Positions 13,788 through 25,746 of a stretch of DNA of 64,000 nt are shown here, in pieces (the stretch's first letter is position 1; the number at the start of each line of letters is the position of its first letter). This DNA comes from Mobula hypostoma. Its lineage: Eukaryota. The translations under genes were made by a program, and so were the position numbers. Location of the stretch: positions 76,882,001 through 76,946,000 of the forward strand of contig NC_086108.1 in assembly GCF_963921235.1 (NCBI RefSeq). Reading direction: 5' to 3'. A model generated the notes under the pieces. That model saw only the letters and a program-made list of their open reading frames with translations, did no database searches and was not told where the DNA came from.

Positions 13788-14089
13788 GTAAGTGAGCCTA
13801 AGCAAATGTTAAAATGGAAGTCATAGAAAAAATGGATGAAGTGAATGAAGTAACAAAAAGGAGAATAAAATGAAGAATAGAGAGAACAGAAATTGAAAAA
13901 AAAGGATGGCGAATAAAGTGCAAGAAATGAGCAAAGTGCAAATGTAAAAGGCAGCTGGAAATCTAAGAATTATATAATATTTCAAGAAAGGAGATGAAAG
14001 AAATAAGTCATGGGATATATAAATAGCAATAGCTCAAGGAAAGGGAGAAGACAAGAAAAAAATTGAGGAAAAGAGCCTTTTAACGGACA

Positions 14090-14480
14090 TGAGAACAGTC
14101 GGACCCTGAAGTGCTTCATTTCTAGTTAAGTTAGAATTAATTCCTTGTTAAACAAGCACTCTTAAAGGACTTTCAGCTGCCTCAGAGTGGGATTAAGAAT
14201 CAGAAAATAATCGCAGGCCATCATCAATCCTGTATAAGAACGGAGTGTTAAAATGCAGCACCATGAGACAGCTAACTTTTGGCAGCTACTGTAACCTTTA
14301 TTGCAGAAATCTTTTCTTGAATTTGGTGCCGCTTTGAGAATATTCAATTCAAGGGCCTTTAAAAGGAGAATTAAAAGCACTTACTGTTTTTACAAGAATA
14401 GCCTTCTATCCTCTGGAGCTGAGGCTTTTCCTTGCTTGTAACACATGGACTAGTTTAAGCTTAACTCAGTGAAATTACAT
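14090..14480. promoter_or_regulatory. Candidate conserved non-coding element
   Basis: GAATTAATTC and CTTGTT-A-AACAAG palindromes, GGATTA and ATCAATC motifs. Conservation not tested. Confidence 0.3.
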
Positions 14481-15939
14481 ATAAAACAATTAAAATGTCA
14501 ATTCCTTTTTTCAAAAAAAGTAATGTATTAAATGTATCCATTTGTAATTAACCAATTGCTTTATAAGAAAGAATTAATAGCATGGAGAATATTTAACATG
14601 ATTTTGTTACATGGCACCAAAACTTTATGAAAGTATGCCTTGATGGTAAGCGCTGCTTAAAATTTATTTATGGTAATATATTTTAATTTTCCATTTTCCT
14701 CAAAAAAACTCTGCCTGTTTCTTCTTTCTCTTACTCCTCGATGAATCCTATTTCTTTAGAAGGTAGCATTCCTCAGGCAGTAAAATGGACACACAATGCA
14801 TTTGTTCCTAGTGTTTACAAAAGCTTTGATGCTGAGCATCTGAAGGTAAGTTAACAGCAGGGCACATCACCTGGCTTCTTTAATAACATGCTTCCAGTTT
14901 TGCTGGAAAGTTAACATGAACAGGAAATCTGACCATTAATGCAGGTATGCTCAGTATCAGTTGGAGGACTTCAGCTGCATCCTCTATAGGACCAGTCAGC
15001 CAGTCAACTTCTATGACTGTAGCCCACAGCTGGACCCTGGACAGTTCTTCAAAGGGTATTCTTTCTCCACGGATAAAACTCAGCTAGATAAAATAATGTT
15101 GCACAGAATCAAAATACGGTTTTCAAATGCAGCACAACTGAATCTGGCTCACTTCAGTCCACGTGAACTTCATGGTCTGCCCTCAGACCCAAAATCACTT
15201 GTTTTAATAAATTGCTGTTTTAACACCGTGTATTCCTATTTGTCCACCCTTGCTGAGAATAGTTCACATTTATGTAGAGTTAAGGCATGCAGGTATTCTT
15301 AAAGAACATTTTTATTTTGGACATCTGCCTCGGAGTTTTCAAGTTCCAGAGATGAAAATGTTATGTTAACAGGTTTCACTGCTCTACGGTGAGCTGTGGA
15401 ATCGAAGAGCTAGTTGACTAAGAAATGTTAACACTTGAATATGGAATTCTACAAATTATGAATGAAAGGTAGTGATGGGCAGCTTTTAATCATTCAGCCA
15501 CAGGGCTCTACTAAATATGAGAATGAGGAGATTTTTTTTCCCTGTTTCTTTTCATCCTTAAAAACATTAGGAATTAACTTTTGGCAGGTTGTCAACCTCA
15601 AGCAAATGATTTGTTACCACAAATTTTAATAGTTGAATATTCTGGGAAGTTTCCAAAACTGAGTTCCCAATGAGCACAAGAAAATTTCCTTAGGTTTTAT
15701 TTTAGAAAAGTCAGAGTTGTTTTGTTACCCAATCGAGAAAGCCTGGGGTTCCCATGGAATTTGGGCTTGTTACCATATATTACGTATCAAGAGAAAAAGA
15801 CCAGAAAGCTATGTAACGATGATGCCCTGATAAAAGGCTTATACATGGCATAAGATAAGCACAATAAATGGCTTCAGAATTTTCTAGCAGATAGAGAAAG
15901 TATATTGGCTACATATTTGAAAATACAGTATTAACAAAC

Positions 15940-16260
15940 AGAGGCATATTGCAAACTGTAGACATTAAGGAAGTCTTGCTGCAATAATAAAAGGCCCTGG
16001 TGGGTCTGCATTTGGAACATTATGTACAGTTCTCTAAGGAAGGATACACTTACAATAAAAGGAGTGCAATGAAGGTTCACCAGACTGATTTCTGCAAATG
16101 GGAAATGACCTGTGAGGATAAACTAGTCAGGCTGGGCTTTTATTTTCCAGAGCTTAGAAGAAGGAGATATAATTTAACTGAAGCATACAAAGTTCTTACA
16201 GTTCCAATAAAAGGATGGTAATTCCCTTGACTAGAGTGTCTCAGAAAAGAGATTATGGAT
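15940..16260 (+). mobile_element. Degenerate CR1 fragment
   Basis: LHLEHYVQF...LGFYFPELRRRRYNLTEAYKVL resembles CR1 ORF2 C-terminus. Confidence 0.65.
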
Positions 16261-17387
16261 TCAGTATTTTCAAAAAGCTGGTACATGCACAATGCGTTGA
16301 ATACCTGCCTTCTGTGCTGTATTATTGTCGATTCCAAAAAGCAGAGAAACAGAAATTAATGCAAAATCTTAAGTTGTCTACCGCTTTGTCCCAATCCTTT
16401 TATAGGCTTCAAATAATTTGTTGAGCTTCATCTCATAGGAGATAAGATTCAACTTGGAAGATTTCAAAAGGTTATAATGTGATGTTTTGTGTAATGAAAT
16501 TTAATTTGTCAAGTTGAGATGAACAATATCCAAATTGTAGCATGCAGTCCATAGATTATGTTTATATTATATTTAGTTACATGCAACTAAACAATTATTA
16601 TTGTAAATATCAAGCAAATCAGGCAGAGAGGTAAACAGTTAATATATCAATTTGATGATGTTTCATTGGGTCTGGGATAAACTTCTCTTTCCACAGCGGT
16701 CTAATTGCGGAATACTTTCAGCATTTTCTGTTTTATTTCAGATTTCCAGCATTGTAGTATTTTGCTTTAGATTAACTACATGTAATTAGAAATTAGGACC
16801 TGTTTGCAGATAAAAGACTTTAATGTTTACATAGCAGAAGGACAATTTAGTTCTATGAGATTTCGAATTCCTTTCAGTGAACTGAAAGGCTTGTGTTTTT
16901 ACATATCAAAATGCTACATTTGAATCAAATATTATTTAACTGGAATCTTTTGTACTCAAATAGTTGCAGTTTTGCAGTTTAAATTTAATATAGACAGCAG
17001 ACATCCACTATGTTCTGAATTTATGTCTGCCATAGATAAATTGCTTTAATGACTTAATCGATCTACATCAACAGTCATCACCCATCTAGTCCGATACAAG
17101 CTTATGTGGCCTCTGGGTTTCTGCAGCTCTACTCCTAAAAGATCAGTGCTGTTTGATTTGTGACTTACCTCACTGCATTTAAAACATCTGAATTAATTTC
17201 TTGGATTTCTGAGGTCTGCTTGGTTAACCTCTGCTCCAGTCCTGGGAGAGCTAAATAGTTGAGTTACTGAATGGCTGGTCCATGGGGCAGTGTTAGGCCT
17301 CCCACCAGAGTTTGCAGACTTAAAGCATCCTGCCTTGTTACATACTTGCCACTTTTCACAGTGGTCAGAAAATTCCCATCCTTGATT

Positions 17388-17734
17388 CACAAACAGGAGA
17401 AAATCTGCCGATTCTGGAAATCCAAGCAACACACACAAAGTGCTGGAGGAACTCAGCAGGCCAGGCAGCATCTATGGAAAAGAGTAACCAGTCGACATTT
17501 TGGGCCAAGACCCTTCAGCAAGACTGGGAAAAAAAGATGAGAAGTCAGAGTAGGAAAGTGGGGTGAGGGAAGGAAGAAATACAAGTCCCCCCCGCCACCA
17601 CCTTCTTACTCTGTCTTCTCATCTTTTTTCTCCAGTCCCGATGAAGGGTCTCGACTGAAAGCATTGACTGTTTACTCTTTTCCACAGATGCTGCCTGGCC
17701 TGCTGAGTTCCTCCAGCATTTTGTGTGTGTTGCT
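17388..17734. mobile_element. Miniature inverted Penelope-pLTR derivative (non-autonomous) with decayed hammerhead motifs
   Basis: Two inverted arms (about 17425-17570 and 17590-17734) homologous to the pLTR 3' end, with an approximately 35-nt extension on one arm only. Confidence 0.8.
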
Positions 17735-19959
17735 AAGACTCCTATAAGCCTTTGTTTTCCAGTCTACTGTGCCTTGTATCTTCAGTTTGGAAAACCATTA
17801 CCCCATACTTACATTTTTGATAATCATATCTTTTGCCTCCATTTTGACTTACTTCACCATTGGGGAACATAATCGCAGCAACCATAAATTGGATTGATGT
17901 TTGTATAGGACTTTTCACAGAACATAAAACACTATGGCACAGGAAAAGGCCCCTCAATCCATGATGTTGTGCTGAACTAATGAGACTAATCATGCCTAAT
18001 TAGACAAATTCCTTCTGGTCGTACATGGTCCATGTCCCTGTACTCTCTGCATTTTCATATGTCTACCTAAGAACCTCTTAAATGCCTCTATTATATCTAC
18101 CTCCACCATCACCTCTGGCAGCAGATTCCAGGCATTCCGCACCCCCCCCCCCGCCCGCCCTCGGGCAGAAGATGCAAAAGCCTAAGAACATATACCACTA
18201 GGTTCAAAGACAGACCTCTTGATCTCTTAATCTACTTTGTCATGGCCTGTGAACTTTATTTGCACTGCACTTCCTCTGTAGCTGTAACCTTATATTCTGC
18301 ATCCTTTCTTCCCCTCTTTTGTATTATCTCGTGGCACTTATATATGGAATGATCCATCTGGATGGCTTGCAAACAGAAGTTCTTCACCATATCTTGTGGG
18401 TGTGACAATACAAAACACAAATCAAGTCTGATGAATGTGTGATTCAAATCTGCTAATGATCCTCATTCTGCTAAGAAACAATAAGAAATTATATTGTTAG
18501 AAAGTGAGTATCTGGGTAATTCTGTCTCTAAATAGTCACAATACCATCTTTTGTCTCTTCTGTCACATTTATGTGCCAAATAAGAGGCTGTCCTTGGGTA
18601 CTAATCAGGTTCCAGACATCCAGAAGTCAATTTTGTCCGTAAATTGGAAAATATACTTATATCCCTGGATATGGTTTCCATACCTCCACAGTGTTAAGTC
18701 GTAAACACATGAGACTGAATAGAAAAAAGAAACAATTTCTTAAAGTGGAGCGAGAGAGGAAGACAGCTCTGCCATTTTTAGGAATGAATGTGAACATAAA
18801 CAGTAGACATTTGAATTTCATATTATTACGAGTCCTTAATCATATGTAGGGAGCATCCATAATTCAGGCATTTGCAATGCAAGGATGGCTTAGAAAGTAT
18901 AAACTCTTCCTACCACTTTCTCCATACTTGTCTTATTTGGAATTCGAGAGGCTTGGCAGCTTTAATTGCTTTTACTCATGAGCGCTGCCTCTTGGTACAT
19001 GTCCAGCGTTATCTCAGTTAAGAAACATCTTGACCCCCTGTTTAGGCATAATGTTTAAATTCATCAACCAGGACTTCTTACACCATGACTAAGCATCTCA
19101 TTTACACTTTCTGTAAGGTACTGGAAATAGTTAGTAATTTAAGTGATCAACAATTCTTTAACAACATACCTTAATTCCCAGTTTCTAAGGAGCACAAAAA
19201 CAGAAATCTTTATTGATGAGTTCATTACTACACTCATTGCTCTTTATTGTTGAATTACTGACAAGGACAGGTGTGAAGGCACAGCAAATGCAATCATGCC
19301 TGCACATTCACAAGAAATTATATTGGCCAACCAAACTCATTGTAGTCTGCTTTGGCTCTTGTATCTCCTGTGTTATACCTTCAAATTCTCTCAGTCTAAC
19401 TCTGTCTGTATGCCTGCCAATCCCTTGTCTACTGCAAACCTACTCCAATTTATCCATAAAAGTAAAATAAAGTTAATGCTGGCAATTTGAAATAATTTGA
19501 GAAGATGCTAGGAGCTGCTGAAATCAGTTTGATCAGGACTTCTAAAAGGTAATTTTGTAAAAAGTTCACTCTATTTCTCTCTGTACAGATGTTGCCTCAA
19601 ATGCTAACTTTTTCCAGCATTTTCTGTTTTTATTTCAATCCACACTAAGTTAGAAATCTTACAATGATGTGGTGCAATGGATATACAAAGCTAATTGTAC
19701 AGACCTGTGTACCCAATAAAAATCCTGAACCACCTTTGTCTCTTGCTAATTTACTCTACTTCATTTTAACCAATTCTGCCTTCATAGGTTTTCGTTTATT
19801 TATGTTTAATCCTGATTCAGATTTAAGTTTCTCACTCGCAAACTGAATGATGTGAAATTCTACGTGCCTTTAACATTCTTCCCTAGAGAGTCCACTGTTA
19901 TTAATTATCCTGTCTCATTTACACATGATTCAAGCAGCTTGCCCCCTCATTGGTTCCAT

Positions 19960-20442
19960 AAAGTATCGCAGCTTTATAAAAATCAAGTTAGACCATATAT
20001 GGAGTATTGCATTTGATACCGGTTGCCCCATTATAGGAGAGATGCTGAGGCTATAGACAGGGTGCAGAAGTTGTTTGCCAGGATACTGAGTGGTTTATAG
20101 GTCATGTGATATATGGACAAACTTGGGTTGTTTTCTTCGAAGTGGCAAAAGCTGAGGGGAGATCTGATTTTTATAAGATTATGAGGGGCATGGACAGCCA
20201 GTATCTTTTCTCAAGATTGCAATGTCTAATACCAGAGGGCATGAATTTAAGATGACACGTTCAACTGAGATATGCAGGGAAAGTTCTTTTGCATAAAGAG
20301 TGGTAGATGACTGGAATGAGCTGCCTACAGTGGTTGTGGATTCAAATACAATGGGGCAATTTAAGAGACATTGTGTAGGGAGAAGGAATTAGTTTAGTTG
20401 GACATTTGATTACTAATTTAATTAGTTCAGCCTAACACCATT
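19960..20442 (+). mobile_element. Degenerate CR1 3' fragment
   Basis: ggagtattgc...gggtgcagaag...tggaatgagctgcc similar to the other CR1 3' ends. Confidence 0.7.
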
Positions 20443-20582
20443 ATGAACATAACGCCATTAGTTTCAAGGTAAACATGGAAAAGGTAGGTCTAGTCTTTGT
20501 AAATCCGAGCATTGAGTATAGGAACATACATCAAAGTTGCTGGTGAACGCAACAGGCCAAGCAGCATCTATAGAAAGAGGTG

Positions 20583-20624
20583 CAGTCGACGTTTCAGGCC
20601 GAGACCCTTCGTCAGGACTAACTG
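20583..20624 (-). ncRNA. Minimal type I hammerhead ribozyme in Penelope pLTR (second, inverted copy)
   Basis: Exact reverse complement of 22866-22907. Confidence 0.8.
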
Positions 20625-20915
20625 AAGGAAGAGTGAGTAAGGGATTTGAAAGTTGGAGGGGGAGGGGGAGATCCAAAATGATAGGAGAAGACAGGAGGGG
20701 GAGGGATAGAGCCGAGAGCTGGACAGGTGATAGGCAAAAGGGGATAGGAGAGGATCATGGGACAGGAGGTCCGGGAAGAAAGACAAGGTGGGGGAGTGAC
20801 CCAGAGGATGGGCAAGAGGTATATTCAGAGGGACAGAGGGAGAAAAAGGAGAGTGAGAGAAAGAATGTGTGCATAAAAATGAGTAACAGATGGGGTACGA
20901 GGGGGAGGTGGGGCC

Positions 20916-22488
20916 TTAGCGGAAGTTAGAGAAGTCGATGTTCATGCCATCAGGTTGGAGGCTACCCAGACGGAATATAAGGTGTTGTTCCTCCAACCTG
21001 AGTGTGGCTTCATCTCCACAGTAAAGGAGGCCATGGACAGACATGTCAGAATGGGAATGGGATGTGGAATTAAAATGTGTGGCCACTGGGAGATCCTGCT
21101 TTCTCTGGCGGACAGAGCGTAGATGTTCAGCAAAGCGGTCTCCCAGTCTGCGTCGGGTCTCACCAATATATAAAAGGCCACATCGGGAGCACCGGACGCA
21201 GTATATCACCCCAGTCGACTCACAGGTGAAGTGATGCCTCACCTGGAAGGACTGTTTGGGGCCCTGAATGGTGGTAAGGGAGGAAGTGTAAGGGCATGTG
21301 TAGCACTTGTTCCACTTACACGGATAAGTGCCAGGAGGGAGATCAGTGGGGAGGGATAGGGGGGACGAATGGACAAGGGAGTTGTGTAGGGAGCGATCCC
21401 TGCGGAATGCAGAGAGGGGGGGGAGGGAAAGATGTGCTTAGTGGTGGGATCCCGTTGGAGGTGGCGGAAGTTACGGAGAATAATATGTTGGACCCGGAGG
21501 CTGGTGGGGTGGTAGGTGAGGACCAGGGGAACCCTATTCCTAGTGGGGTGGTGGGAGGATGGAGTGAGAGCAGATGTACGTGAAATGGGGGAGATACGTT
21601 TAAGAGCAGAGTTGATAGTGGAGGAAGGGAAGCCCCTTTCTTTAAAAAAGGAAGACATCTCCCTCGTCCTAGAATGAAAAGCTTCCTCCTGAGAGCAGAT
21701 GCGGCGGAGACGGAGGAATTGCGAGAAGGGGATGGCGTTTTTGCAAGAGACAGGGTGAGAAGAGGAATAGTCCAGATAGCTGTGAGAGTCAGTAGGCTTA
21801 TAGTAGACATCAGTGGATAAGCTGTCTCCAGAGACAGAGACAGAAAGATCTAGAAAGGGGAGGGAGGTGTCGGAAATGGACCAGGTAAACTTGAGGGCAG
21901 GGTGAAAGTTGGAGGCAGAGTTAATAAAGTCAACGAGTTCTGCATGCGTGCAGGAAGCAGCGCCAATGCAGTCGTCGATGTAGCGAAGGAAAAGTGGGGG
22001 ACAGATACCAGAATAGGCACGGAACATAGATTGTTCCACAAACCCAACAAAAAGGCAGGCATAGCTAGGACCCATACGGGTGCCCATAGCTACACCTTTA
22101 GTTTGGAGGAAATGGGAGGAGCCAAAGGAGAAATTATTAAGAGTAAGGACTAATTCCGCTAGACGGAGCAGAGTGGTGGTAGAGGGGAACTGATTAGGTC
22201 TGGAATCCAAAAAGAAGCGTAGAGCTTTGAGACCTTCCTGATGGGGGATGGAAGTATATAATGACTGGACATCCATGGTGAAAATAAAGCGGTGGGGGCC
22301 AGGGAACTTAAAATCATCGAAAAGTTTAAGAGCGTGAGAAGTGTCACGAACATAGGTCGGAAGGGATTGAACAAGGGGTGATAAAACAGTGTCGAGGTAT
22401 GCAGAAATGAGTTCGGTGGGGCAGGAGCAAGCTGAGACAATAGGTCGGCCAGGACAGGCAGGTTTGTGGATCTTGGGTAGGAAGTAGA
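20916..22488 (-). pseudogene. Penelope RT + GIY-YIG endonuclease ORF (5'-truncated, single frameshift)
   Basis: YFLPKIHK, GRPIVS, GVAMG and RYIDD RT motifs. Adding 1 nt in the G8 run at 21416-21423 joins the RT to a linker with CKWNKCYTC and to VIYCVRCSRCGLLYIGET (GIY-YIG). Confidence 0.9.
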
Positions 22489-22865
22489 TTGGAGGTTGGA
22501 GGAACAACACCTTATATTCCGTCTGGGTAGCCTCCAACCTGATGGCATGATCATCGACTTCTCTAACTTCCGCTAAGGCCCCACCTCCCCCTTGTACCCC
22601 ATCTGTTACTCATTTCTATGCACACATTCTTTCTCTCACTCTCCTTTTTCTCCCTCTGTCCCTCTGAATATACCTCTTGCCCATCCTCTGGGTCACCCCC
22701 CCCTTGTCTTTCTTCCCAGACCTCCTGTCCCATGATCCTCTCGTATCCCCTTTTGCCTATCACCAGTCCAGCTCTCGGCTCTATCCCTCCCCCTCCTGTC
22801 TTCTCCTATCATTTTGGATCTCCCCCTCCCCCTCCAACTTTCAAATCCCTTACTCACTCTTCCTT

Positions 22866-22907
22866 CAGTTAGTCCTGACGAAGGGTCTCGGCCTGAAACG
22901 TCGACTG
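22866..22907 (+). ncRNA. Minimal type I hammerhead ribozyme in Penelope pLTR
   Basis: AGTC-CTGACGA-AGGgtctcggCCT-GAAA-CG-TC-GACT: intact CUGANGA and GAAA core, stem I AGTC/GACT, stem II AGG/CCT, palindromic ACGT stem III. Predicted cleavage after C22902. Confidence 0.8.
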
Positions 22908-23687
22908 CACCTCTTTCTATAGATGCTGCTTGGCCTGCTGCGTTCACCAGCAACTTTGATGTATGTTGCTTGAATTTCCAGCATCTGCAGAATTCCTGTT
23001 GATTGAGTATAGGAGTTGGGATGTAAAGTTGAAATTGTATAAGGCATTGTTGAGACCAAATTTAGAGTATTGTGTACAGTTCTGGTCACCGAATTATAGG
23101 AAAGTTGTCAATAAAATTGAGGGAGTACAGAGGAGATTTATTAAAATGTTGCCTGGGTTTCATCTCCTAAGTTACAGAGAAAGGTTGAACAAGTTAGGTC
23201 TTTATTCTTTGGAGCGTAGAAGGTTGAGGGGGGACGATAGAGGTATTTAAAATTATGAGGGGGATAGATAGAGTTGATGTGGATAGGCTATTTCCATTGA
23301 GAGTGGGGGAGATTCAAACAAGAGAACATGAATTGAGAGTTAAAGGTGAAAAGTTTCAGGGTAACATGAGGGCGAACTTCTTTACTCAGAGAGTGGTAGC
23401 TGTGTGGAACGAGCTTCCAGCAGAAGTGGTTGAGGCAGGTTTGATGTTGTCATTTAAAATTAAATTGGATAGATATATGGACAGGAAAGGAATGGAGGGT
23501 TATGGGCTGAGTGCAGGTTGGTGGGCCTAGGTGAGAATAAGAGTTCGGCACGGACTAGAAGGGCCGAGGTGGCCTGTTTCCATGCTGTAATTGTTATATG
23601 TTATATTGTATATGGTCCTCGAGTTGAGATTCTAAATTTGGGTAAAGCCAATTTTGATGGTATCAGAAAGGAACCGGTGAGTGTGAA

Positions 23688-23950
23688 TATTTATTTATTT
23701 ATTGGGATACAGTGCAGAATAGGTTGTTCCGGCCTTTTAAGCCATGCTGGCCAGCAATACCCTGATTTAATCCTAGCCAAATCATGGGACAATTTACAAT
23801 TAACCTACCAATTGGTAAGACTTTAGACTGTAAATGACTTTGGAGCACCCGGAGGAAATCCATGTAGTTACGGGGACAACGTACAAAGTTCTTATCGGCA
23901 GTACAGGAATCGAACCCCTGCCACCTGTACTGTAAAGTGGTGTGCTCCCA
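23688..23950 (-). mobile_element. V-SINE/HE1-like tRNA-derived SINE
   Basis: Minus strand has GGGGTTCGATTCC B-box, ATTTCCTCCGGGTGCTCC V-domain and a (TAAA)n tail. Confidence 0.75.
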
Positions 23951-25746
23951 TGATTGGAATAGGTTGTTTTCTGGCGATGGTGTACTTGGTAAGTGGGAGG
24001 CCTTCAAAGGTGAGATTTTGAGAGTACAGGGTTTGTATGTTCCTGTTGGAAGAAAGGCAAGGATAACAGGTTTAGGGAACCTTAACTTCCAAGAGATAAT
24101 GAGGCCCTGATTTTGAAGAAGAAGGAGATGCATTGCAGATAGAGACAGGAAGAAACAAATACCCTTATTTCCTCAGAGTATAAAAATGCGAGAGAACACT
24201 TAAGTAGGAAATCAGGGGGGCTAAAAGAAGACATGAGGTTTCTCCAGCAGACAAGGTGAAGAAGAATTCCAGGGGCTTCTACACGTATACTAAGAGCAAA
24301 AGGATACCAAGAGACAAAATTGGTTATCTTGAAGATCAGAGTGGTTATCTATGTGCGGAGCTGAAAGAGATGGGGGAGGTCTTAAGTTGATTGTTTTTTG
24401 TATCTGTATTTACTTGGGAGATGTACACAGACTTTGTAAGTCCAAGGAAATGCAGCAGTGAGGTCATGGACCCTGTACAAATTACAGTGGAGGAAGAGGT
24501 GTGTGCTGTCTTAAGGCAAATTAGGGTGGATAGATCCCCAGGGTCTGACAAGGTGTTTCCTTTTACCCTATGGGAGGCTGGTGCAGACATTGTAAGAGCC
24601 CTATCAGATATTTCAAACATCTTTAGCCTGGAGTTAGGTGCTGTAGAATTAGAGGATAGCTAATGTTCAGTTGTTTAAGAAAGAGTGTAAGAACAAGCCA
24701 AGAAATTTTGAGCTGGTGTACCTGACATCAGTAATGGGAAAGTTATTGGAAGGTACTCTAAGAGACCAGATATATAAGTATTTGGAAAGTCAGGGACTGG
24801 TTAGGGATAGTCAACAAGGCTTTGTGTGTGGTAAGTCATGTATAACCAATCTTATAGAGTTTTGGGAGGAAATTACCAGGAAAGTTGATGAAGGTAAATC
24901 AGTGGATGTTGTCTACTTTGAGTTTAACAAGGCCTTTCACAAGATCCCACATGGGAGGTTGGTCATGAAGTTTCAGTGCCCTGGCATTCAAGATGAGGTC
25001 ATAAATTGGATTAGACATTGGCTTTGCGGAAGAAGCCAGAGAGTGATTGTAGTTGGTTGCCTCTCTGACTGAAGGCCTGTGACTAGTGGAGTGTATCAGG
25101 GATCGGTACTGGGTCCATTGTTGTTTGTCATCAATATCTGGATGATAATGTGGTAAACAGGATCAGCAAATTTGCAATGACACCAAGATTGAGGTGCAGT
25201 GAACAGCAAGGAAGACTATAAAAGCTTGCAGCAGGATCTGGACCAGTCGGTAAAATGGCTTGAAAAATGGCAAATGGAATTTAATGCAGACAAGTGTGAA
25301 GTGTTGCACTTTGGGAGGGCTAACTAGGGTAGGTCTTACACAGTGAGAGGTAGGGCACTGAGGAGTGCGGTGGAACAGAGGGATCTGGGAAGACAGATCC
25401 ATTATTCCTTGAAGGTGGCATCACAGGTGGATAGTTTTGTGAAGAAAGCTTTTGGCACATTGGCCTTCGTAAATCAATGTATTGATACAGCAGTTGGGAT
25501 GTTATGTTGAAGTTATATAAGACATTGGTGAGGCCTGCTTTGGAGTATTTTATGCAGTTTTGGTCACCTAACTAAAGGCAAGATGTAAATAGATTGAAGG
25601 AGTGCAGAGAAAATTTCCAAGGATGTTACCGGGACTTATGGACCTGAGTTAGAAACATAGAAACATAGAAAATAGGTGCAGGAGTAGGCCATTCGGCCCT
25701 TCGAGCCTGCACCGCCATTTATTATGATCATGGCTGATCATCCAAC

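Larger units (their letters stand above)
20524..23001 (-). mobile_element. Penelope-like retroelement (Neptune-type), 5'-truncated, with inverted pseudo-LTR
   Basis: 13-bp TSD ATTGAGTATAGGA at 20511-20523 and 23002-23014. RT plus GIY-YIG coding region. About 475-bp inverted repeats at 20524-20999 and 22493-22967. Confidence 0.93.
20495..23611 (+). mobile_element. Short 3' fragment of a CR1 LINE, split by the Penelope element
   Basis: ctttgtaaatccgagcattgagtatagga continues at 23002 as IEYRSWDVKLKLYKALLRPNLEYCVQFWSP...NFFTQRVVAVWNELP; tail (TGTTATA)n near 23590-23611. Confidence 0.8.

Noticed and set aside
22489..22537. N-terminus MEATQTEYKVLFLQPP of the 432-aa ORF
   Set aside because: Read-through from the inverted pLTR arm; the RT body stops near 22488.
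20464..23089. Paired near-identical short ORFs (MDLPLPLQ..., MLVNA...)
   Set aside because: Translations of the two inverted pLTR arms, not genes.
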